DNA of 59,648 nt, the filler included, from Basidioascus undulatus (taxonomy: Eukaryota), in NCBI GenBank assembly GCA_000826855.1. It is 8 parts of 8 records of this genome, joined end to end, with 100 filler letters (N's around TTAATTAATTAA, not from the genome) between each part and the next. Parts side by side here need not be neighbours in the genome. Positions count along the whole stretch, not along the records: positions 1 to 7,343 come from JTLS01001564.1; positions 7,444 to 14,826 come from JTLS01001565.1; 6 more parts are not named here. One strand, written 5' to 3'. Shown in pieces: positions 1-10,064 of this stretch (position 1 is its first letter; every line of letters begins with the position of its first letter). A model generated the notes under the pieces. That model ran no database searches and was not told where the DNA came from. It was given only the letters and a program-made list of their open reading frames with translations. A program made the translations under genes and the position numbers.

Positions 1-140
1 AACCTAACCTAACCTAACCTAACCTAACCTAACCCAACCTAACCTAACCCAACCCTAACCCAACCTAACCCTAACCCAACCCCAACCCAACCTAACCTAA
101 CCCAACCCCAACCCCAACCTAAACCCAACCTAACCTAACC
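1..140. repeat. Telomere-like array (CCTAA)n, i.e. TTAGG on the minus strand, degenerating inward into TTGGG/TTAGGG/TTGGGG variants
   Basis: Six perfect AACCT units at 1-30, then mixed AACCT/AACCC/AACCCT/AACCCC units to 140. The C-rich strand is at the 5' end, the orientation expected of a left chromosome end. Confidence 0.75.
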
Positions 141-575
141 AGGCATATTCATGACCTTAGCCATCTACACATCGCGGACGCATGGTGCTTGAAAAGCTAT
201 CTCTTAGGTATACTGCCGAATCAAAAGTGAGGTCAGAAAAAAGAGATGAGAAATGAGCAACGCGCAGCGTGCCTTAGCCGAGGGCAGTACATCCACGTAT
301 CCAGCATGCAAGTTTCGCGGGATGCATACTACTTTGTTCGTACATGAGTCACTAACCTCCCCGATTCCCAATACTCCTATTCCCCAATCCCCCGATTGCC
401 CACGGCCCGGATGCCTGCGCACTTTCATTCTCTTGGGTACATGCTTCAACCGACGTGTACGTGGACCCGCTCCTGCCCGTGTAGCGATCAGTGCCGACGT
501 TCCCGCCGGCGCCGATCTATTACGCTACATTTACTTTATACCCACGAGCAAAAGTCCCGTGAAAGCAAGCTCAAA

Positions 576-1725
576 TCATTGCCTCAGCCTTAATGGATTC
601 TCGATCTTGCGCGCATGCTCGATCTGGGCCTTGGAGAGGTCATGTCGCGACGTGATCCAGGTGACCATCAGAAACAAGCAACTGGGTTACAGAGAGTGAG
701 GGGGAAGGTCAGCCGGACATGAGATCCTCGACGAGTAGCAGTCATGCTCCCGGTGTTTAACACTTACGAGGTCCACTCCATCGTTGTGGCCAAGACGTAT
801 TCTATGACAACGAAACTGGTGACCAAGCCGTGCGAGTCGTAGTTGCCCGGGTAGTAGTAGTTGTACTGTCGAGGACGCACAGAGATGAGCGCGTTGTGCG
901 CCGGTCGACAGCAAACTCTGGGGGCTGCTCACCTTCTCCAAGACGGCTTGGAGGACGCCATAAATGCCACGGACGGTGAGCAACGGCCAAGTGAAGAGGA
1001 GAACGATGAGCGTGGGATGAATTTGACCCTTCTCCCTCTTGTTCTGGCGCACGGTAACGAGGATGCAAAAGAGCAGCAAGCAGTCGATGGCGAGGAAGAT
1101 GGCTTGGCCTGTCGCGCGCATGGCTTTGGCGGTGGTGATCTTGTCATTGTTGCGCTCCCAAGCGTCGGCGGCCGAGTTGGAACCGCCGGCGAGCATGGAC
1201 CCGCCGGTGATGATGATGGTGTTGGCGCCGATGAGGAGCCAGTGAATGATGGTCATTGGATGGCGGCGGATGTGGGCGAGAGAGAAGGCCTGGCCGGATC
1301 TGGGTGTACCAGGGCCCGCGCTTCTCGCGACGGGGCTCGAGCCATGAGTCGTGCGCTTCGAGATTGTGGTTGTGCCAGGAGACGAGGAAGCGCGCGGTGC
1401 AGAGGACCTGGGAGGCGGAGTCGGCGGCTGCTGAGGGACAGTCTAGGAGTGAGGGACAGAGGAAGGGACGGACCAAAGTAAAGTAGCCCTCGGCGCCGAG
1501 GATGAGGTAGGCGATAAGGAGATTTGTGGCTTCAAAGCCCTTGATACCGAAGCCGAGGCCGGTGCCCTGCGAGGCGAGACGAATGGAGATGTGGAAGAGG
1601 ATGACGGTGTAGCGCGAACGGAGTTTGAGGCGCTTGGTAAGGTAGCCAAAGACGAGGATGAAAAAGAGAATGGCGTATAGAACGAGGAACACGAGTGCGG
1701 CAGAGGCGTCTGCGCTGAGCGCCAT
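576..1725 (-). CDS. Fungal multi-pass (about 7 TM) membrane protein, RTA1/DUF7702-like; 3 introns and one apparent frameshift
   Basis: Spliced translation: MALSADASAALVFLVLYAILFF...GAEGYFTLV | LCTARFLVSWHNHN...YTQIR / QAFSLAHIRRHPMTIIHWLLIGAN...RGIYGVLQAVLEK | YNYYYPGNY...TTMEWTS | CLFLMVTWITSRHD...RQ*. Hydrophobic helices throughout. An extra base near 1292-1297 breaks the frame. Family assignment is from recall. Confidence 0.7.
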
Positions 1726-2943
1726 GGCGGAAGAGGTGTGGAGAAGTTGGACACACCTCTTGGACAAGGATTGGGACGTTTTGTCTCGCAAGCACGCCGG
1801 GGATCGCGCACCGCGCGAAAACAACGACCACAGCCCTGGCTCGGGCTTGTGGCTCGAGCCCGAGATGGTGAGGCTCAAGCCCCGGGATTCCTGTGCTGAG
1901 CTCGCGGCCACGCTCCGCGGCATATGTGTCGGTCTGAGTCTTCCTACGCTGATGTCTCGAGTAACCGTTGTCAGAAGACTTTTAATTGCAGAATCTGTGT
2001 AGCCCCTGTCAAGCGACCTCAGTCTCTTCTCTGCTAGGTAGGCTCAGGACAGTGACACGTTCCTACCTCGTTGACAAGGCAGCTGCAGATGTAGTTGTTT
2101 ACCTCCAGGTGGAAAGGTCTGCGCGTATATCAACAGTCACTATAAATGGGAAGGAACAATGCCATTAGAGAAATGTTAGGACGTGCGGAGTACATAAACC
2201 CACTATTTCAACCTCAGTTTGCAGCTGTGAGTGCGACAATCAAGGCATGTATGCCAATAGAAATAACCGGATCGTCACAAGTACTCTGCTCTGCGCCTGT
2301 CTCTGTGCACCGCCGACATCCACCAAGGTCGTCAAAATTGATACATACCAAGTTGAAATGGGTTGGAAAGAATGAAATTGATGGGAACACGAGGAAAGGG
2401 GGCCCCGCGAGTAGCGATCGGGTTTTCAACTGGCCTTTGGATTCGGGACCGGTCTCGCCCTGGACGCTGGACATCTTTTTCATGAAGAGGAATAGGTGGT
2501 TACCAGTGCGCAACCTGTGAGGTTTGCCCGTCTTTTCTCGCAGCCCCGTTGATTTCCTTCGTTGGTGTGACAAGGCTTTAAGAACTCGCGATGGGAAACG
2601 CGCGATCTCGCGATGACGTCACCTTAGTCGTCGTAACCTCAGTGGTCCTCCCACGCTCGTCCAGATAAGATGAGGGCAAATAAAACAAGACAACCTTCGC
2701 CGGAGTTTCATTTCTCCTAAATCTACTTTTTCCCATTGTACTTTGTTTTGCAAGCTCGCCGGTGATGCTGTGATACAAAGAGAGCTCTTCAGCGCTAAGA
2801 CTTTCTATCCGCATGATCCACACGCAGGCACAGGCACAATCCAACCCAATCATTCTGGTTTGTCCTTTTCTTTGACAGATGACAGCGAGGAGGCACGAAC
2901 ATACTATGTATACCAGAGAAAGGCATATCTTGCCCACCCAAAT

Positions 2944-5018
2944 TCAATGACAAGAGGTGTAATCAACTAACCCAGTGTCGGGCACGTTCGCATCTGGCAA
3001 ACAGAGCGGGACATCCTCTCCAGATAGGTTGTTGCCAAAAGCACGCAAGTATTCCCTCTGGGTCACCTCAATGAACTCCTGGTAGATGCCGTCTTGCTTC
3101 ATCTTTTTCCCCACGAACGACTGGACGCCCCCCAGAAGAGCGTTGACAGTCGTGACCTTTGAGTCCCAGCTGACGAAAGAGGAGATGGCTGTCCCGTCGA
3201 CCCGGGTGGATTCAGTAGTGCCATAGGGGTCTAAGGAAGGGAAAGAAAGCGGTGTTAAAACATATATCCGGCTGTTGGGAAGAGAGATGGAGGGGAAGGA
3301 CAGAGGGAACACACTCTGCATCTTCTTTCCGTCAGCCATATTCTTCAACCAAGCCAAACCGACTGCCTTATCGATGAGCATGACAGGAAAGACGGAATAT
3401 GGCGTGATGACGTCCAGTTCTTGCACGGTAAGGTTGGCAATAGATGGGATGCCTGCGTTGGAAATGTAGCCAATGATCTGGCCAGACGAGTCCGTGCTGT
3501 TGTTGACACTTGCGTACATGCCCGGTACTTTGTTGATCTTGGAATTGCACGTGCGGGCGCGCTCGTTGTTTGTGTAGATGCGTCTGGGCGAGTCAGGAGA
3601 ATAGTGGTTGGTAAGCTCGAATGCTCGTTGCGTCGCACGACACGGAATGGATAGGCTTGGTGATGACTGACTTTAACAAAGGAATGTCAAGATACGGCAT
3701 CTCCATAAATTTCCAGTTCTCGTGGCTCGAAAACCAGAAGCCTGGGGCGACAAACGATAATTGGTCTCTTTGTCAGTACTTATTTTGTGCTATGCAGAAC
3801 TGACACAGTTCACCTTTCTGAACTGTAATGTTCGGATATCCAGGAGCCTGATACTCCGCGGCGAGCAATTGAGGTCTCTTTACCTCCCAAATCAGGTCTT
3901 TGTCCTCTTGCGAAATGCCTCCGTAAAAATAGAGAAACCATGCGAAGAGTTCGCCTTCGTAGGGGTCGTTCAAGGTGTTGTTGCCCTCACACTGGTAGGC
4001 CTGCCTCGCATCGTGGACAGAGAGCGATTGGTTCGCCAGCGTCGTCACGGCGCATATAGTTCCGTTACCGGCGTAGAAAATCTGAATGAATCCCCCGTCA
4101 AACTGTGGCCAGCGATACCGGATTTGGGCTTCCATCTCGAACCAATCGTACCAACCCACCTTTTTAGCAGTCCCCTTGAGGTAATCCAAGTAATTCTGCC
4201 AACCAACAGCGACTTTTTTGAAAGTTGAATCAGGGTATGTGTTGAGGACCTCGATGGCGCTGTAGATGGCCCAGATGAGCTCCCTGAAGCGAATGAGAAG
4301 AGTAAGCAAGTTGGGAGGCAACATCGGAATCAGCTCAATCAACGTGTCCATCTTTTTCTCCCAGCCGATCAGCACACGCTCGACTCACCCGTTGTCTAGC
4401 GCGGGCACCCTGTTGACCCAATCAGGTGTTGGCTGTAGAGGTCCATCATTGGTGAACCAGGGCAAGAAGCCGCCATATCCAGGGTATGTCGTGTTGAAGG
4501 ACATGTAGGTATCCAGCTTTTTAACAAGGATGTCCAGTGCTATTTGGGGAGCAGTTTGCGGTGCCTGCGGTGCCAGAAAACGGGCGGCAGAGGAGTTTCC
4601 GGCGATAGCGTGTGTATAGACCATGATTTGAAGGGCCTGTGGCGCGCAAAAACAAAGAAGCCATTTTAGTGCATTAATTGCTGCATGGATATTTTCTGAA
4701 CTGAAACTGGGTGATTCTCACCTCTTTACTGGCAGCGCTAAAAGGATGTCTAACCGTCGCCTTCCCCGTCAACGTGTCGAGCAAAGTTCCATCATACGAC
4801 ATCCCGTTGTTGACATTGTACGACACATTGTTCTGGTGGAATTGACCTTCCCAATAGAGAACATCTTGAGCGAAACGGTCGGGTTCGGCGAGAATGGACG
4901 CCTGCGTGTATGTTGGGGAAAAGCGGCATGGCGGTGGGTCTAGGTTGTCAAGCGTTGGGCGGCCATGGACCGATAAGAAGGAAAAGACCGTGACAAGAAC
5001 GAATGAAATTTGCAACAT
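2944..5018 (-). CDS. Secreted endo-beta-1,2-glucanase, glycoside hydrolase family GH162 (TfSGL-like); 6 introns, intact
   Basis: Signal peptide MLQISFVLVTVFSFLSVHG, then WEGQFHQNNVSYN, GMSYDGT, HPFSAASKE, YPGYGGFLPWF, RVPALDNGELIW, LNDPYEGELF, GFWFSSHENWK, GYISNAGIPSIA, SWDSKVTTVNA and C-terminal CLPDANVPDTGLVDYTSCH*. These are colinear with Talaromyces funiculosus SGL as I recall it. All exons join in frame through GT-AG introns. Confidence 0.92.
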
Positions 5019-5053
5019 GGTGATGGGAGAGTGTGCGTGCGGGTAACGCAACA

Positions 5054-5394
5054 GAGGCTGTGAGCGTGGCCTTTTTCTTCTTACTGTCAGTTGTTCAAGT
5101 GACCAATTCGTTCTGCTAGTCTGAGCACTAATGCGAGGCACCACGTGTTGCCAGGCATGCAGGAAGGGTTCTCGGCGCTGTCGAAGACCTCGTGCCAGTT
5201 TTCTTTCTCTACAAAGTTCAGACTGCGTGGTTAATTGGGAATATGAGGCTGTGAGCGATGGCCTTTTTTCATACTCTTTTGAGCTGTCCGTTGTTCAAGT
5301 GTTGGATTCGTTTTGCTAGTCTGAGCACTAATGCGAGGCACCACATGTTGCCAGGCCTGCGTGAAGGGTTCTAGGCCAGGTCTTTCTCTACAAA
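5054..5394 (+). repeat. Diverged direct duplication (about 150-nt homologous blocks, spacing about 190-200 nt) immediately upstream of the GH162 gene
   Basis: GAGGCTGTGAGCG...TTGTTCAAGT...TGCTAGTCTGAGCACTAATGCGAGGCACCAC(G/A)TGTTGCCAGGC...GAAGGGTTCT...TTTCTCTACAAA occurs at about 5054-5215 and again at about 5245-5394. Confidence 0.9.
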
Positions 5395-7080
5395 AAATAG
5401 GTAGTTGCTCCTCTTTGGTACAGTCCGCTACCGTCTCACCGCTTTCTCGCACGGTCTGCTGTGTGGTACAGATCGATGAGGCTTCTTTCGACTCAGCGAC
5501 AACCTTCTCGAACCCCAACTGCCTTTTCCAGTGCTCGGCACCGCGCCCTTCTTTGTGGATGACGTGCTGTTTGCCTATGACGGCCTCGCAGACGCGCCGG
5601 CCGAGCGGCGTATGGTGCACATCACATTCGCAAAATTTCCTCAAGCAGATGATTGCGCCCGGCGGAGCGAGCTACAGCAGCGGGGAAAGGAACGGGACAA
5701 TCCTATGTGCCGATCCGTGGGTAACCGGCCAGCGATTCAGGGTGAGATTCAGAGTGGGCGCCCATGTGTGCGGCTTCGCTCCGGCTCAGATGGCTAACAT
5801 CCTGCTCCTCGTGCTCACCGTCCATTCGGCTATTCGTCTGACATTGTTTTGCGGTTCTTCGGCCCGCTCCGGGGCATGGGTCCGACATCCGGGTTATGGA
5901 CCAGCGAGTCGGATGCCACTCAAGGAGGCGTGTCGGCATTGGAGATTCGTTAAGGGTCCAACGTCGGCCTTGTAAACCATCCGAGCCATGAAAAAAGCTT
6001 GACAATGAAATCTGCCTCCACGATGACCTGCCCATTTTCAAGTCGCGGGTTAGTTAGTTATTCCTTCTTTTTAATTCGTTTTGTGCATCGCGCTTTTTCC
6101 TTATCTAGCTCGCTCTCTCATATCTTATGCTCGCCAACCTTTTCTCCAGCCTAGCGCGTTCGCGCCGACTCGAAAATTCCCTCCCGTCCATGCTCCCTTG
6201 GCTTACTGCCCTTCCCCCTGCCCCCGTCCTCTTCGTTCACTGATTCGAAGCTTTTCCCTCGCGGTTTTTGGTGCTAGTCCAGTCCTTTCTGTCCTCTGCG
6301 CCTCTCCCCTGTTGTCTCCTTGCCTGTACTTCTAGCAGCCACACTAGCTGCGTTACATGCAGGGCTCTTAATGCCTAAACCACTAACCCAAAGTTGGAAA
6401 GTTCAGTATTCTGGATACGTGCTCATGTCATTCCCCAACCAGGGCAGTGCGGAAACACTAGACAGAGATGCTTGCACTACTTCGGAGGAGCACACCGCTT
6501 CCGAGTGGGCCGGCTTGACCACAGTGACACCCCAGCAGCGCTTCAGGCACATTATGCCCTCCTGACGGGTACTGTTGAAGCAGGACTGGCTTACGCACAA
6601 AGGCAGATTGAGGCGGGCCGCTCACGAGCACAGCAGCGAGCAGCCTTGGATGCAGCTGACCTGCTCCTTGCAGAAGCGGTGTCACTCGCCGCCCTGGATG
6701 TCCTAGGCATGTATGATGCACGTGAGATTAAAAGTGCACCAGATAATGCACTCTCTGCACTTGACAACCTAAGCCCTTCTCCTACAGCAGCAGCACGAGC
6801 CTTTAAGCGAGCCCAGCGGGGACAGGTCCAACGGATGGAGGCAGTCGTGCCAGCCAGGTGCGTTGCAGACGAGGCATGTGAGCGGTGGCAGAGTGTTTTG
6901 GTAACTTATAAATCTTATGGTCTCTCTTTCAGGCCTGCAGCGAGCGATGTTGAAAGCAACAGCACCGCGACCGGCCCGGCCGGCCGCTCGGCACGGGGCC
7001 CTCGCGGTCCTCCCAATCATGCACGCGCTGCCATCCTCAGGCGTTCTCGCTCTCCTCCCCTTCTCTCCTCTCGCACATTT

Positions 7081-7310
7081 ATGCCCCTCCTCGCCTTGCG
7101 CGTCCCCCGACGAACCCCTGGCACGCTCCCCACCCGTTCTCTCCCGCCCACACCCGCGCTCAAGCTCGCTGCGCGCATCCATTCCCGCACCACGCACGCA
7201 CAAACAGTCCAGCACGTCGATATGGGCGCGCCGCAGACCGGCCGGGTTCGGACGGGTGAGCGGCTGGCAAAGCTCAGGGAGGAGATGGGAAAGTTTGGGG
7301 TGCAGGCTTA
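7081..7310 (+). CDS. First exon of Xaa-Pro aminopeptidase (aminopeptidase P, M24B); truncated by the contig end
   Basis: MGAPQTGRVRTGERLAKLREEMGKFGVQA(Y) from ATG 7222 matches the 'T.ERLA.LRE.M....V.AY' N-terminus of fungal aminopeptidase P. It ends TA|GTGAGT (split Tyr codon plus donor). An in-frame upstream ATG lies at 7081. Confidence 0.7.
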
Positions 7311-7343
7311 GTGAGTGAGAGAGAGAGAGGGGGAGGAGGAGGG

Positions 7344-7443
7344 NNNNNNNNNNNNNNNNNNNNNNNNNNNNNNNNNNNNNNNNNNNNTTAATTAATTAAN
7401 NNNNNNNNNNNNNNNNNNNNNNNNNNNNNNNNNNNNNNNNNNN
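7344..7443. other. Artificial contig-concatenation linker
   Basis: N44-TTAATTAATTAA-N44, with stops in all six frames; identical to six other copies. Confidence 0.99.
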
Positions 7444-8082
7444 GGAGGACAATAGGACAAAGGAAGGTGACAATAGGGAGAGGGAAGACGCACGGCAGCG
7501 TCGAACGCCTCGAGCTCGTAACCCTCAACGGCGTTGATAGTGATGCTGTTGTTAGGGTGGATCGAAGCGAAGCCGGAGGAGACTGTTCCGTCGCACCAAG
7601 TCCCAAATATCAACAACGCTGAAAGCAGCCCGCACGGAGGAGAGAAGACGCACCGAAGTACTTCTTGGTCTCGGAGCCGGTCTGGATCTCAACAAGGCCG
7701 GGCTTGAGAGCCTCGACGGCGGGGACGTGGTTCGCGAGGACGCCCATCTCACCCGTCTGCGCGGGGATGTTGACCTGGACGATCTCCTGGTTGGCGAAGA
7801 CGGACTGTTTGATTCCCCCACCGTTCCCCCATCACAAACCACACCAAGCCACACCAGATCCCCCGCATCAGCAACTCTCGTCCTTATTTCCCCGGTAGGT
7901 GATGGAGGTGGCGGAGGAAGGGAAGGAAGGGGAGGGGCTAAGGGGAAGGGCAAGGGCCGGACCTGGTGAGGGAGGGCGAACGAGAGGCGGAGCTTCTCGG
8001 ACGCGGGGGCCTCGGTCGCATACGCGCGGGCAAGGCGGGCGACGCGCGGGACGGTGCGGGGGAGGGCGCGGGCGGCGAACAT
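7444..8082 (-). CDS. ATP16: Mitochondrial F1 ATP synthase delta subunit; 3' end cut by the contig edge
   Basis: Presequence MFAARALPRTVPRVARLARAYATEA, then KLRLSFALPHQ | SVFANQEIVQVNIPAQTGEMGVLANHVPAVEALKPGLVEI...KKYF | VSSGFASIHPNNSITINAVEGY. Confidence 0.95.
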
Positions 8083-9289
8083 CGTTTAGTGAGGATGGAG
8101 AGAGCGACGGCGACGGCGAGGATGGTGAGCAAGCGCGAAGGAGCCAGCGTCGCCCGCCGGTCGGCCCTCCGCGGCGCTGCCTTGCTGGGCTCAAGGCCGA
8201 AAGGGGTTTCATAGCTCGCAGTAAGCAGGGGGGTACCGCCCTCGCTTTCATTTGTGGCTTTCAGCTGTGCGAAAGTGATAGGGCAGTGTTCTTCTAGTGG
8301 TTTAGCGAAAGTTTTGAAATACTAGAAAGAGCGTAAGAAGCGAACAGGTCCGGTTGACGATCCACTTTCTTCTTGGCCAGGTGTCGAGGAACTACCCCGG
8401 CAATGACATGAACGCAACGTAAAGCTTGCGAAAGATTTTGAACCCATATTTCATCTCCGATAAACCTTTCATCCTGTGGTGGAAGTACTATATACTAAAG
8501 TCACTGGCGGCTTATGAAGACGTTGTTTTGGATCTGTGCAGTAGGGAGACTGGCTCACGATCGTGCAGGAGGACTAGCGGGCTTCAGTGGTAAGAATTGT
8601 GTCAAAACGCATCGAAGAATCAAATCTTGATTTTGGTGGTCAGTCCTCAAAGCATACTGCGAGCTCACGGTGCAGCCGCGGGCCACGCCTGGTGCAACGG
8701 CACTGTCCGTTGACCAGTCGCTTCAAGAAGGACGATTACCGTTTTCTTTTTCAAAGACTGTGACAAAATCAACATGAAAGTTTTCGCGCTGCTTGTTCGA
8801 ACCTGCTTGCCAGGCGTGGACGGCGTCCCTTGAGCCACCAGAGGTCGATGCAGCCAGGACCTCTGCTGCCCGCGCAATACACAGAAAGTTCTACTCAAAA
8901 GGGGGGTTTTAAACCCACTGGTTTCCTTCCTTTCCCAGAGGCATCCGGTCGCAATGCATCCTGCGAAGGTGCACTGCAACAACTGTAATGCGTCTTCTCA
9001 GTGAGAGGTGCAGAAGATTGGCCCTGCTGCATCAAATTTATGTTGCCCAGCTAATTTCATTATACCCATAGCCATGGATGATTTCCAAGGCGTGCCTGAC
9101 TAGCCCATACCGGGGGAGGGGAGGGTTGGGTGTGAAGGGCCGGGCTGGACTCGGTCGCGGATGGCAGACTTTCGACTTTCAGATGTAGCTTGCACAAGGT
9201 CCTGAGAAACTTCTTCGTGCTGTTTTGACTTCAACTCACTCCAAAACTCGTACGTTTGAAGACGTTTGAGGGCTAGGCGGGTGCGACCA

Positions 9290-9860
9290 GTGCATGCCAT
9301 TCCTCGCCTCTTCTTCCGCTTCCGCCCCGGTCGCTTCGCCACTCTGCCTTCGGCCTTCTCTTCTCTCCCTCTCTCCGTCTACCCACGTCATCTCCATTGC
9401 CCACGCTTCGTTCCCACTGCCCGCCTGGCGCATCGCCATCGAAGACGCCGCCGACCGGTGGATACTTGGCACGCCCCCGCGTTGCTCTTCTTCCTGGCTC
9501 TGTCCACCATTACTTTTGTGACTTCGTCCACCCTTTCTTGGTGGCTCTGTCCGAATCATTCACCATTCCTTTCATTGGTGGTTCTTCGGTGGTTTGGGCC
9601 ACTCGTTCGCTGTGGCTCTGTCGATTTGTCCACCACTTCTCCCACCCTTCCCCGTGGCTGAGTCCACCCTTTTCTGAACCGTGCTCTCGTGGTTCTGCCC
9701 ACGTTACCTTCTTCACTTCCCTCTCGCCAGAAGTGAGTGCCGCCGTGCACCCCCCTCTGCGCTCGCGTGGGCTACGGACCACCCAGCTCGAGACACCCTC
9801 GTCATTCGTCTCCGCAAGCGTGCCTCTGTGCACGGGCGGAGATATTCCCTTAGCCTTATG
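9290..9860 (+). mobile_element. Possible degenerate 3' end of a non-LTR (L1/Tx1-like) retrotransposon, zf-RVT region
   Basis: Across frameshifts it reads WRIA(H)RR.PTGGYL, then (C)PRC..PGSVHHYFCD, then WATRSLWLCR. This resembles the W+xAHxxLPT / CxxC...HxFxxC / LWxxR motifs at LINE ORF2 ends. No RT core was seen. Confidence 0.35.
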
Positions 9861-10064
9861 ATTCCTCTTTTGGGCATTACCTACTTACCATCTCCCCACT
9901 AAGCTTCAAGTATGTCTCGTGATCAACAGGACCCACAACAGTCGAATAAACCGTCAGTGCTTAGCCACCAAGGCGTCGTTGGGCCGGTAAGCCCTTCATG
10001 GCCAAGGTCAAATAAGTGGAATATTAGAATGCAAATGAACGACAAGATTTGCAGACGAAAACAC

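Noticed and set aside
861..1481. 206-aa plus-strand ORF, and similar long antisense ORFs at 10605-11327, 25228-26235 and 31496-32050
   Set aside because: Antisense shadows of GC3-rich real genes on the opposite strand.
5054..5394. Repeat-spacer (CRISPR-like) array or LTR pair
   Set aside because: Only two long diverged units, no spacers, no cas genes, no TG...CA ends or internal domain; eukaryotic context.
6047..6062. GGGTTAGTTAGTTA as an interstitial telomere seed
   Set aside because: Too short, and the unit (TTAG) differs from the terminal repeat.
7388..7399. Recurrent palindrome TTAATTAATTAA every ~7.47 kb as a biological periodic element or CRISPR-like repeat
   Set aside because: Always centred in exactly 44+44 Ns; a synthetic six-frame-stop spacer.
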